From NCBI GenBank assembly GCA_045863395.1, contig BTVJ01000131.1, positions 1 to 15,017 of the forward strand: a stretch of 15,017 nucleotides of DNA, in the 5' to 3' direction. The notes beneath the pieces are model-generated. The model saw nothing but the letters and a program-made list of their open reading frames with translations. It had not been told where the DNA came from and did no database searches. Every line of letters begins with the position of its first letter. Positions within the stretch are counted from its first letter, which is position 1. The stretch comes from Myxococcales bacterium. Lineage in GTDB: Bacteria > Myxococcota_A > UBA9042 > JABWCM01 > BTVJ01. Positions 1-7,450 of this stretch are shown in pieces. Made by a program: the position numbers and the translations under genes.

Positions 1-570
1 GTCGTTCTTGCAGACGGTGCCGCCGCACCCGGGGATGAGCTCGTGCTTGCAGGTGCTCGTGGCCAGGTCGCACCAGTCCTTGGTGCAGGCATCGCCGTCG
101 TCGCAGCCGCGGTCGCTCTTGCACGCCGTGCCGCCGCAGCCGGGGATGGGCTCGTGCTTGCAGACGCCGCTCGCCAGGTCGCACCAGTCCTTGGTGCACT
201 TGTCGCCGTCGTCGCACTGGGAGGCGTCCTTGCACCAGACGACGCCGCAGCCGGGGATGGGCTCGTGCTTGCAGCTCGTGGTCGTGAGGTCGCACCAGTC
301 CTTGGTGCAGGGGTCGCCGTCGTCGCAGAGCGCGTCGTTCTTGCAGATGACGCCGCTGCACCCGGGGATCTGCTGGTGGGCGCAGCTCGACGTCGTCAGG
401 TCGCACCAGTCCTTGGTGCAGTCGTCGCCGTCGTCGCAGAGCCCGTCGTTCTTGCAGGGGACCTCGCCGCAGCCGGGGATCTCGTCGTGCTTGCACAGCG
501 CGGTCGTAGGATCGCACCAGTCCTTGGTGCAGGGGTCGTCGTCGTCGCAGGCGGCCGGGTCCTTGCACGG
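1..570 (-). repeat. Intragenic tandem repeat, 111-bp (37-aa) period, 5 full copies plus a partial copy at the edge
   Basis: Core (g/a)tcgcaccagtccttggtgca recurs at 67, 178, 289, 400 and 511 (exact 111-bp spacing). It encodes CKxxxxCDDGDxCTKDWCDLxxxxCxHxxIPGC, resembling the Dictyostelium CTDC-type repeat common in myxobacterial surface proteins. Confidence 0.92.
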
Positions 571-1629
571 CACCTCGAAGCAGCCCTTGAGCTCGACGGG
601 GACCGGCCCGCAGGCCTCGGCGCACAGCCCGGCCGGGGTGCAGATCCAGTAGTTGTCACAGGTGGCGCAGTCCTTCTCGCAGGGCGCCGAGAACCCGAGC
701 CCCGCGTCGTAGCAGTCGCAGGCCGTCTCGCAGGTCGCCAGGCAGGCGTCGGGGCAGCCGTCGCCGTCGGTGTCCGTCGCCTTCGTGCCCGCCATGCACT
801 TGATGGGGTCGCAGCAGGCTCCCGGGTGGGCCACCGAGGCGCTCGCCGCTGCCGCATGGCACGCGTTGGGGTACGTGACTCCGTCGCAGCCGCACACGGG
901 CATCAGCTCCTTGGTGCAGACGTGGGGCGGGACCATGCACTGGCCCATCTGATCGCCCTGGCCGCACTCGCCCGCCGGGTACTGGCAGAACTGGCCCTTG
1001 GGGCAGCCCTTGCCGGTGATCCCGCCGCAGGGGAGCGGGCAGGCTCCGTTGTGCGCCTTGGCGACGCCCGCCTTGAGCCGGTTGCAGTCGCTGGAGTAGG
1101 TCTTGCCGTCGCAGCCGCACACCGGGTCCCACCCGCGCAGGCAGGTGGCCGGGATGGTCTGGCATTGGCCGTCCGAGGAGCCGCACCCCGTGGGGATGCA
1201 CTCCTGGCCCATGTCGCACTGGGCGCCGGGCGCTGCGCTCAGCGGGTTGCACGGCTTCGCGCACTCGCCGCCGTGGGCCATGGAGCCGCCGGCCGCCGCC
1301 AGCTCGCAGTCGTTGCCGTAGGTCTTGCCGTCGCAGCCGCACACGGGCTTCCACACGTCGGGGCAGGCGGTGGGGCGGGGAACGCACACGCCGTAGGCGC
1401 TGGGATCGTCGCAGAGGCCCGGCCGGTGGCGGCAGTACTGACCCTTGGCGCAGGCGAGGCCCTTTGGACCGTCGCAGAGGGTGGCGCTCAGCTCGGCCTC
1501 CGACTGCCTCGGCTCGCCGGATGCCGGCGTCACCTCGGAGAGCACCCCGTCCTGCTCCGCCGGCCCCTCGCACCCGGCGACCAGCGCCAGGGTCACGAGC
1601 CCCGCAATCCACACACCGCGAGCCATCAT
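1..1629 (-). CDS. Cysteine-rich secreted lipoprotein with 3 Kazal-type domains and C-terminal 37-aa Cys/Asp-rich repeats (3' end truncated by window edge; 543 codons visible)
   Basis: Manual translation of the minus strand from ATG at 1629 gives MMARGVWIAGLVTLALVAGCEGPAEQ..., open to position 1. GGAGGT Shine-Dalgarno at 1641-1636. Hydrophobic signal ending in lipobox-like VAG-C. Three Kazal motifs (PVCGCDGxTYxNxC-type) at 1261-1365, 1039-1143 and 814-918; DTDGDGCPD motif at 748-774; repeats over 1-570. Absent from the ORF track, presumably because no stop lies in the window. Confidence 0.9.
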   Translation of the reverse strand, partial: MMARGVWIAGLVTLALVAGCEGPAEQDGVLSEVTPASGEPRQSEAELSATLCDGPKGLACAKGQYCRHRPGLCDDPSAYGVCVPRPTACPDVWKPVCGCDGKTYGNDCELAAAGGSMAHGGECAKPCNPLSAAPGAQCDMGQECIPTGCGSSDGQCQTIPATCLRGWDPVCGCDGKTYSSDCNRLKAGVAKAHNGACPLPCGGITGKGCPKGQFCQYPAGECGQGDQMGQCMVPPHVCTKELMPVCGCDGVTYPNACHAAAASASVAHPGACCDPIKCMAGTKATDTDGDGCPDACLATCETACDCYDAGLGFSAPCEKDCATCDNYWICTPAGLCAEACGPVPVELKGCFEVPCKDPAACDDDDPCTKDWCDPTTALCKHDEIPGCGEVPCKNDGLCDDGDDCTKDWCDLTTSSCAHQQIPGCSGVICKNDALCDDGDPCTKDWCDLTTTSCKHEPIPGCGVVWCKDASQCDDGDKCTKDWCDLASGVCKHEPIPGCGGTACKSDRGCDDGDACTKDWCDLATSTCKHELIPGCGGTVCKND

Positions 1630-1846
1630 CTCAGCACCTCCGACATCATTTGGGTACCCGGACCTGCCGGGGATCTTGTAGATGAGCGACCAGCGCAACA
1701 CGCACCACGCGAGTCCTGCTTGACCGTTCGCCGTCGCCGGGCGCGCCGTCGAAGAAAATTCCGGGGCGGTCCCTTTTCGCCTGTGCGTCCGGGTCGTATC
1801 GTAGGGCCTGTCCCTGTGAGCGCCAGTGATACCGGAGGACGCGACG

Positions 1847-3385
1847 ATGAGCAACGACGATCAGCCCGAGAGCCCGCTGCTCGGCCTGCTGCGCGGGCGC
1901 GCGCACGTGGGGCCGGACCTGAAGGTCCACCTCTCCGAGCGCGACGGCGCGGATCTTCACGCCAAGATGCGGCAGGCCTACTGGTGGATCACGAACAACG
2001 CGGTGATCTGCCCCTACTACGACGTGGAGTTCGGGACCCGCTCGAAGCTCACCAATACGGCCGGCGACGAGCTCGTGCTGCACGACGACATGAGCTACAG
2101 CTCCTTCGTGCTGATCCCCATGCTGACGCTCTTCACGTGCCGCCGCGCGCTGCTGGTCGGTGGGCCTGGGCGCGGCAAGACCACGTCGGCCGTCCTGATG
2201 GCGCTCCTGTCCGGCATGACCCGGGAGGACGTGCGGCGGTCCATCCTGCGCGGCCACCCGCAGCTCACCATCTCGGACCTGCTCGGGGCGCCCCTGCCGT
2301 CGGACATGATGCGCGCGGACGATCTGAGCGAGGTCAAGATCTCGTGGCGCAAGTGGATCGGGGGGCGGGTCAAGATCATCGACGAGTACAACCGCATCCC
2401 CACGAAGACCCAGTCGGCGCTGCTGTCACTCATGGGCGACGGCTACGCGGAGATGTTCGACCAGTACGTCCACGCGGGGCGCTCGAGCTGGTTCCTGACG
2501 GCCAACGACGACGCCGGCGGGGGCACCTTCCAGGTCATCGAGGCGCTGAAGGACCGCATCGACGTGGTGGTCCGGGCCGTGCCCTTCAACTCGGCGTTCA
2601 TCCACTCGCTGCTCCAGCGCATCGAGGCGGGGCAGAGCCCCGAGGACATGGTGCCCTCGGAGATCGTGTTCAGCGCGGCGGAGCTCGACGCCATCCACGA
2701 CGCGATCCTCGCCGTGGACGTGCCCCCCGAGGCGCTGGACCGCCTGTCGTTCTTCCTCGGGCAGCTCGACTTCTGCCGCATGGCGTCCATCCACTTCGAG
2801 TACAAGAACAAGGACACGCTGAAGCTCGCCGGCCAGTCCGTCGCGGGCATCTGCAACGAGCAGTGCCCGCTGGACAAGCGGGTGCATCTGTGTACGCAGA
2901 CCGAGAACGGCGTCTCCGCGCGCAGCTACCAGACCTGCCTGCACTTCGCGAAGGCCCTCGCGTACTTCCGGGGGAACAAGGCGGTCCAGGTCGACGACCT
3001 GCGGCAGATCGTCCCCTGGGTGCTGCACGACAAGCTCGCGCCGAACAGCCGCAGCGCGTACTTCGACACCAAGGGCAGCCGGGCGCTGCTCCAGGACCGG
3101 GTCGCGTGGATCCGCACCATGCTCGACATGGCCAACGAGCAGTTCCTGCGCCACGAGCCCCTGCGGAGGCGCGTGACGGCGGAGCGCGCCCTGCTCGACA
3201 AGGGGCTGGCCGGGGTGGAGCTCGCGGAGGTGCAGCGGCGCATCGGCCGGGTGACGGCGCAGATGGAGGAGCTGATGCGCAAGGCCGAGCTGAGCGGGCC
3301 CGTCTACGAGGACCTGATCCACCTCAAGTCCATGGTCAGCCGCTACCAGAACTACGCGCAGTGGCTGCGGCAGAGCACCAGGTAG
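1847..3385 (+). CDS. MoxR-family AAA+ ATPase (512 aa)
   Basis: Walker A GGPGRGKTT; Walker B and MoxR-like signature IIDEYNRIPTKTQSALL; TAN sensor-1 region; EALKDR arginine-finger region; SAR sensor-2-like motif. GGAGG at 1834-1838 favours ATG 1847 over the track's GTG 1826. Confidence 0.88.
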   Translation: MSNDDQPESPLLGLLRGRAHVGPDLKVHLSERDGADLHAKMRQAYWWITNNAVICPYYDVEFGTRSKLTNTAGDELVLHDDMSYSSFVLIPMLTLFTCRRALLVGGPGRGKTTSAVLMALLSGMTREDVRRSILRGHPQLTISDLLGAPLPSDMMRADDLSEVKISWRKWIGGRVKIIDEYNRIPTKTQSALLSLMGDGYAEMFDQYVHAGRSSWFLTANDDAGGGTFQVIEALKDRIDVVVRAVPFNSAFIHSLLQRIEAGQSPEDMVPSEIVFSAAELDAIHDAILAVDVPPEALDRLSFFLGQLDFCRMASIHFEYKNKDTLKLAGQSVAGICNEQCPLDKRVHLCTQTENGVSARSYQTCLHFAKALAYFRGNKAVQVDDLRQIVPWVLHDKLAPNSRSAYFDTKGSRALLQDRVAWIRTMLDMANEQFLRHEPLRRRVTAERALLDKGLAGVELAEVQRRIGRVTAQMEELMRKAELSGPVYEDLIHLKSMVSRYQNYAQWLRQSTR

Positions 3386-3387
3386 GG

Positions 3388-3591
3388 CTACTTCGCTGGC
3401 GCCGACTCGGGGGGATCGTCCCAGCCCAGCGCCTCGTCCACGCTCTGCTGCGTCTCGTTGATCTTCTCGATCTCGGCGACGGTCTCCGGGTTCTTGCGGA
3501 AGGCGAACCACCAGACACCGAAGGCGCCGGCGGCTCCGAGGATGCCGAGGATGGCCAGGATCGACACGATCTTCTTGCGGGCTGCGCTCAT
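3388..3591 (-). CDS. Small single-pass membrane protein (67 aa), function unknown
   Basis: MSAARKK followed by hydrophobic IVSILAILGILGAAGAFGVWWFAF and an acidic tail. GGAGG 6 nt upstream of ATG 3591. Good GC3 codon pattern. Confidence 0.75.
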   Translation of the reverse strand: MSAARKKIVSILAILGILGAAGAFGVWWFAFRKNPETVAEIEKINETQQSVDEALGWDDPPESAPAK

Positions 3592-3771
3592 CGGGTGCCT
3601 CCGCTGTAGCTCGGGAAGGTGACGGGGCCGGCGTGCCGCGCCGGCTCCGATGACTCCACGCTGCACGGGGCGTGCCGGACGCCAGGGGCCGCGTCGTTGC
3701 TGGGTCTGGCACGTCGGGGAGTGCGTCGGAGGGGCTCTCGCGCTGGGATGGTGCTCTCAGAGTGAGATGGT

Positions 3772-4170
3772 TCAGCCCGCGGCCAGCCAGTCGCGGAGGG
3801 GCTCGAAGTAGAAGTCCAGCCAGCCCTGGCGGTAGCGGGCGCCCTGGCCCTCCGGGATCTCCGTGTGGCGCAGGGTGACGCGGGTGCCCGACGCGATGGG
3901 CTCCAGCAGGATCTCGACGCGGGAGTCCGGGGCGCTGCTCGGGAACTCGGACGTGCGCCACGCCTGGACGATGCGGCGCCCCTGGGCGAGGGTCAGGTGG
4001 CGGCCGTCGATGTAGCCGTCCCAGGCGGTGAAGGAGCCGCCCTCGATCGCCTCGCCCGTCGCCTCCGCGCCGGTGAACTCCGTGTGGAGCGCCGGGTTGG
4101 TCCATGCCTCCCAGATCGCGCCCGGTGTCGCGTCCAGCTCCTCGACCATCTCGAAACTGTCGGTGCTCAT
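3772..4170 (-). CDS. SRPBCC / Aha1 (activator of Hsp90 ATPase homolog 1-like) domain protein (132 aa)
   Basis: Typical sequence: IWEAWTNP...FTG...GGSFTAWDGYIDG...RIVQAWRTSEFP...TRVTLRHTEIP...GWLDFYFEPL. AGGAGG upstream of ATG 4170. Confidence 0.88.
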   Translation of the reverse strand: MSTDSFEMVEELDATPGAIWEAWTNPALHTEFTGAEATGEAIEGGSFTAWDGYIDGRHLTLAQGRRIVQAWRTSEFPSSAPDSRVEILLEPIASGTRVTLRHTEIPEGQGARYRQGWLDFYFEPLRDWLAAG

Positions 4171-4256
4171 GGGTGTCGCCTCCTGTGCGTGGCCGGATGG
4201 GAGCACATGCGGGCTGCCGATGCAATCGCGCTATGGCCGGATGGGGGGCGCGCGGC

Positions 4257-4262
4257 TAAGAT
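4257..4262 (+). promoter_or_regulatory. Candidate sigma70 -10 element (TAAGAT) for a possibly leaderless transcript of the 4271-7304 operon
   Basis: TAAGAT stands out in GC-rich DNA and ends 8 nt before ATG 4271, which has no Shine-Dalgarno. Weak -35 (ATGGCC 4233-4238, 18-nt spacer). Confidence 0.35.
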
Positions 4263-4270
4263 GGGCCCCC

Positions 4271-5074
4271 ATGGGTGACGACCGCATCGCGAGCATCGAG
4301 GAGGAGGCGGCGCGGCGCTTCGTCCGCTGGGACCCGGGCCTGTGGCGGGCCGTGCTCGCCGGGCCCGCCCGGGAGCTGTCCGACGGCGTCGCAGCGCATG
4401 GGGAGGGGGCCCTGCCCGTGGTGGAGGGCTACCTGCGGCTCGTCGCCCACGGCATCGGGCACGGCTACCTGGTGCCCGCGGAGCTGGGGGCCGCCAACTT
4501 CTTCACGCTGGCGTTCACCGGGCTCATCCCCCGGCTGCTGCCCGCGCTGGCGCCCGAGCGGTGGCCCGCCACCCTCGCCCAGTGCTGGAACCTCGGCGAG
4601 AACCTGGAGACCGCCCCCCCGTGGGTGCGGCGGCTCTTGCTGCGGGCCGGCGGTGAGCTTCGCAACCTCTCGGACCTGGAGTCCGTGGTGTCGCGCATCG
4701 CGCGCGTCGCCTGCGATCCCCCCGCGGTGCGGCTCGGGACGCGGGCGCGGACCGCGTGGGTGTCGCTGGCCGAGGACTGGCGCTTCCTGCCCGGGGCGGT
4801 GCACTTCGTGGCGCCGGCCGTCGCGTGCGTCCACGAGCGCAGCGGCGGGGGCACCCTCTGCGTCGCGCTGGGGGAGACGCCGGAGGTCCTCGGGCCCACG
4901 GGGTGCGACGCGAGCCCCCCGTGCTCGCGGGAGGCGCGCCTGCTGTCCACGGCGCGGGCGTCGGACCCGGGCATCACCGGGGTCTACTGCGCCGCGAGCA
5001 ACGAGTGGCGGGTGGTCGCGACGCTGGTGACCTCGCAGCACCTGGTGGTGCTCCTGCCGGCGGAGGGGGGCTGA
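4271..5074 (+). CDS. Hypothetical protein (267 aa), first gene of the peptidase-vWA operon
   Basis: MGDDRIASIEEEAARRFVRWD... with normal globular composition. Its stop overlaps the next start (TGATG at 5072-5076). The track's upstream extension to 4028 overlaps the SRPBCC gene and was dropped. No family recognised. Confidence 0.75.
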   Translation: MGDDRIASIEEEAARRFVRWDPGLWRAVLAGPARELSDGVAAHGEGALPVVEGYLRLVAHGIGHGYLVPAELGAANFFTLAFTGLIPRLLPALAPERWPATLAQCWNLGENLETAPPWVRRLLLRAGGELRNLSDLESVVSRIARVACDPPAVRLGTRARTAWVSLAEDWRFLPGAVHFVAPAVACVHERSGGGTLCVALGETPEVLGPTGCDASPPCSREARLLSTARASDPGITGVYCAASNEWRVVATLVTSQHLVVLLPAEGG

Positions 5075-6744
5075 TGCTCGAGGTCGGGCGTCGTCGCAAG
5101 CAGCGCTCCGCGGACGTGGCGTCCGCGTGGGCGGAGGCCCTCGACCTGTGGGGTGTCAGCGTCAACCTGAGCCCCCCCGAGCGGTGGGTGAAGCCCACGG
5201 GGGGAAGCTCGGAGCCCCTGGCGTACATCGACATGGTCCGCCGCCAGGTCGTAGTGAACCTCGCCCTGCTGCAGAAGCTCGGGGTCTGGACGTCGCTGCC
5301 CGCCGTCCTCGCCCACGAGGTGGGCCACCACGTGCGGTTCCCCCACACCCTGGGGCTCTCGGCGGCCCTGGAGGTGCTGGAGCAGCGCCTGCTCCCGGGC
5401 CTTGGGCAATCTCTGACCAACCTGTTCTTCGACCTCCAGGTCAACGAGGTGGTGGGGCGGACCCACGCGGAGCAGCTCTGCGCGGTCTACCGCGCCTTCA
5501 CCAAGGACGAGGCGCCGGGCCCCGTCTACGGATTCTATCTCGCCGCCTACGAGGAGCTGTGGGGGCTCGCGCCGGGAGCACTCTCATCCGCGGCGGCAAG
5601 CGCAAAGCTCGAAGAGGAGTATCCTGGGTTCAGGGGTGAGGCGCGGATGTTTGCCCAGACCTTCTGGGCGCTCGATGACGTGTATCTCCAGTTCGTGTAC
5701 TTCTGCTCGGTGATCCAGCGGTACATCCCAGACCCGCCGAAGCACCGGACCCGGGTGCCCATGGGCGGCGACCTGCCGCGCCCCGGGGTCGACGACTACG
5801 CCGGGGCGCTGTACGGGGGAGCGGCCGTGGAGCGCGCCCTGGACGAGGCGCGGGCGCGCGGGTGGATCGAGGAGGGGGTCGGCGAAGGCGGAGACGCCCT
5901 CGGGAGCATCGGCCGCATCGTCGCGAGCCGGCCCGGAGACGCCCAGGGCGAGTTTCGCCGGGCCCTGGTCGGACAGCACTATCGCCGGCTCGTCGACGAG
6001 CACATCTTCGCGGTCCCTCCGGCGACGGAGGGACCCGCGCCGGACGCCTTCCTGCCCTCGACGGTGACGGAGTGGGAGCCCGGCGACGACGTGCGATCCA
6101 TCGACTGGACGCAGTCCATCCTCACCAGCGGCGGGCTCGCCGCCGTGCGCCCCATGCGGCGGGAGCTGCTGCCCGACGAGCCGAGCGGAGACGGGACGAG
6201 CCTGCCCGCCGTCGAGATCTACCTGGACACGAGCGCGTCCATGCCGAGCCCGGCGGCTGCGGTCAACGCCATGACCCTCGCCGCGCAGATCCTGTCGGCG
6301 GCGGCGATTCGCAAGGGCGGGAGGGTCAAGGGCGTCGTCTACTCTGCCGGCCCCCCCCTGGTCTCCGAGTGGATGCAGGACGAGGAGACCGCCCGGAGCT
6401 TCCTGCTCCACTTCATGGGCGGGGGCACCGACTATCCCTTCGCGCTGCTGCGCCAATCCTGCGCGGACCGCCCGGACGCCACGCGGGTCATCGTGTCGGA
6501 CAGCGACTTCCTCTGGAACCTGAAGGGGGAGGGCGCCATGGAGGCGCTGTCCTACGCCGCTGACCGGGCGCCTCGGGTCGTCGCGCTGCTGGCCCTGCCC
6601 TACGCCAAGAGCGAGGAGGTCGTGGCGCAGTTTGCTCCTCTGACGGGGCGAGATGGGTTTCGCCTCGTCCCCGTGACCAGCTATGCGGATCTCGGGGGGG
6701 CGGCCCGGGACCTGGCCCGCGGCCTGTTTGGGGAGCGCCCATGA
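5074..6744 (+). CDS. HExxH metallopeptidase-like domain fused to a C-terminal vWA domain (DUF2201-like architecture; 556 aa)
   Basis: AHEVGHHVRFPH (HExxH at 5314-5328) followed by NLFFDLQVN. DVRSIDW motif ahead of the vWA domain. MIDAS YLDTSASM (DxSxS at 6226-6240), GGGTD and VIVSDSD. Start coupled to the upstream stop (TGATG). Confidence 0.85.
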   Translation: MLEVGRRRKQRSADVASAWAEALDLWGVSVNLSPPERWVKPTGGSSEPLAYIDMVRRQVVVNLALLQKLGVWTSLPAVLAHEVGHHVRFPHTLGLSAALEVLEQRLLPGLGQSLTNLFFDLQVNEVVGRTHAEQLCAVYRAFTKDEAPGPVYGFYLAAYEELWGLAPGALSSAAASAKLEEEYPGFRGEARMFAQTFWALDDVYLQFVYFCSVIQRYIPDPPKHRTRVPMGGDLPRPGVDDYAGALYGGAAVERALDEARARGWIEEGVGEGGDALGSIGRIVASRPGDAQGEFRRALVGQHYRRLVDEHIFAVPPATEGPAPDAFLPSTVTEWEPGDDVRSIDWTQSILTSGGLAAVRPMRRELLPDEPSGDGTSLPAVEIYLDTSASMPSPAAAVNAMTLAAQILSAAAIRKGGRVKGVVYSAGPPLVSEWMQDEETARSFLLHFMGGGTDYPFALLRQSCADRPDATRVIVSDSDFLWNLKGEGAMEALSYAADRAPRVVALLALPYAKSEEVVAQFAPLTGRDGFRLVPVTSYADLGGAARDLARGLFGERP

Positions 6745-7304
6745 GCTTCGATCTCGTGCGGATCCAGCGAGAGGTGGCGGAGCGCCCGCTCCTGCAGGCG
6801 GCGCCCCTCGACCTGGCCGTCGCCATCGTCAACGACACGCTGCGCATGGCGGGCGCGGTCGTCGTCGTGGACGAGGCGTGGGCGGAGTGGGAGCGCAGCG
6901 CGAAGCCGCTCTGGGCGGAGCAGCTCGGCGTCGTGGGTGTGCTGCTCGCCCAGACGTCGCTGCGGGCGGCCACGGTGGAGGCCATCCGCGGGCGGGCGGT
7001 GAAGCCGGCAGTGTGCCTCCGCGCCTTCTTCGAGGCCATCGAGCCGCTGACTGCCGAGCTCGTCCGCACCAACGTGTTCCGCCGCGAGGAGCTGCTGCGC
7101 CGGTGGATCGAGGCGTGGGGCGGCGAGGTCGCCGGCGAGGCCCCGGAGCAGTCGGCGCTGCGCCTCGGCCAGCTCGACTACCGGGCGGCGCTGCGGGAGC
7201 TGGACCGCGCGGACAAGGCCCGCAAGGCGGAGGCGGACCGGCGGGCGCGGCTCCTGCGCGAGGCGCAGGAGCGGGAGGCGGCGGCGCGGGGGTGGCGGGA
7301 GTGA
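6741..7304 (+). CDS. Hypothetical alpha-helical protein with charged coiled-coil-like C-terminus (187 aa)
   Basis: ATGA overlap with the vWA gene stop; GGGGAG upstream; good codon pattern; E/R/A-rich C-terminal helix. Confidence 0.8.
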   Translation: MSFDLVRIQREVAERPLLQAAPLDLAVAIVNDTLRMAGAVVVVDEAWAEWERSAKPLWAEQLGVVGVLLAQTSLRAATVEAIRGRAVKPAVCLRAFFEAIEPLTAELVRTNVFRREELLRRWIEAWGGEVAGEAPEQSALRLGQLDYRAALRELDRADKARKAEADRRARLLREAQEREAAARGWRE

Positions 7305-7373
7305 GGGGGCCACATCGACGGGGCCCGTCGCGAGCCTCTCCTTGACCTCGGCCACGCCGGCGCTGAGCCGGTG

Positions 7374-7403
7374 TTGTCGCCAGCGGCCCCGTGCTGCTAC
7401 CTT
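7374..7403 (+). promoter_or_regulatory. Candidate sigma70 promoter of the BREX operon
   Basis: TTGTCG (7374-7379), 18-nt spacer, TACCTT (7398-7403) preceded by TG (extended -10), about 47 nt upstream of the brxE ATG. Pattern match only. Confidence 0.3.
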
Positions 7404-7450
7404 CGGCGCTCGTGGAGCCCGACCCGATCCCTCCGGCCCGGAGGACGACG

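Noticed and set aside
67..531. Regularly spaced ~21-bp identical repeats resembling a CRISPR array
   Set aside because: The 111-bp period is a multiple of 3, the 'spacers' are homologous to one another and encode a protein repeat, and no cas genes are present.
8..1612. Track ORFs 8..652(+), 396..857(-) and 656..1612(-)
   Set aside because: Antisense or off-frame readings of the real minus-strand lipoprotein frame (1629 to <1), which has an SD, a signal peptide and recognisable domains.
43..3609. 1188-aa plus-strand ORF
   Set aside because: Low-complexity Ala/Arg/Gly/Val shadow frame spanning the antisense of the Kazal gene and an off-frame of MoxR; long stop-free frames are expected at this GC content.
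3624..3648. GC hairpin GGGGCCGGCG-TGCCG-CGCCGGCTCC in the 3592-3771 intergenic region
   Set aside because: No U-tract on either strand, and such stems are common by chance in very GC-rich DNA; not enough to call a terminator or ncRNA.
2426..4225. 599-aa minus-strand ORF and similar overlapping ORFs (e.g. 5584..6456, 6829..7797, 12730..14199)
   Set aside because: Each overlaps better-supported genes with clear motifs and RBS/coupling signals, and none has a recognisable domain.
3386..4258. GGCTA at both ends of the two-gene minus-strand block as a possible target-site duplication
   Set aside because: Only 5 bp, one copy contains a stop codon, and there is no transposase or terminal inverted repeat.
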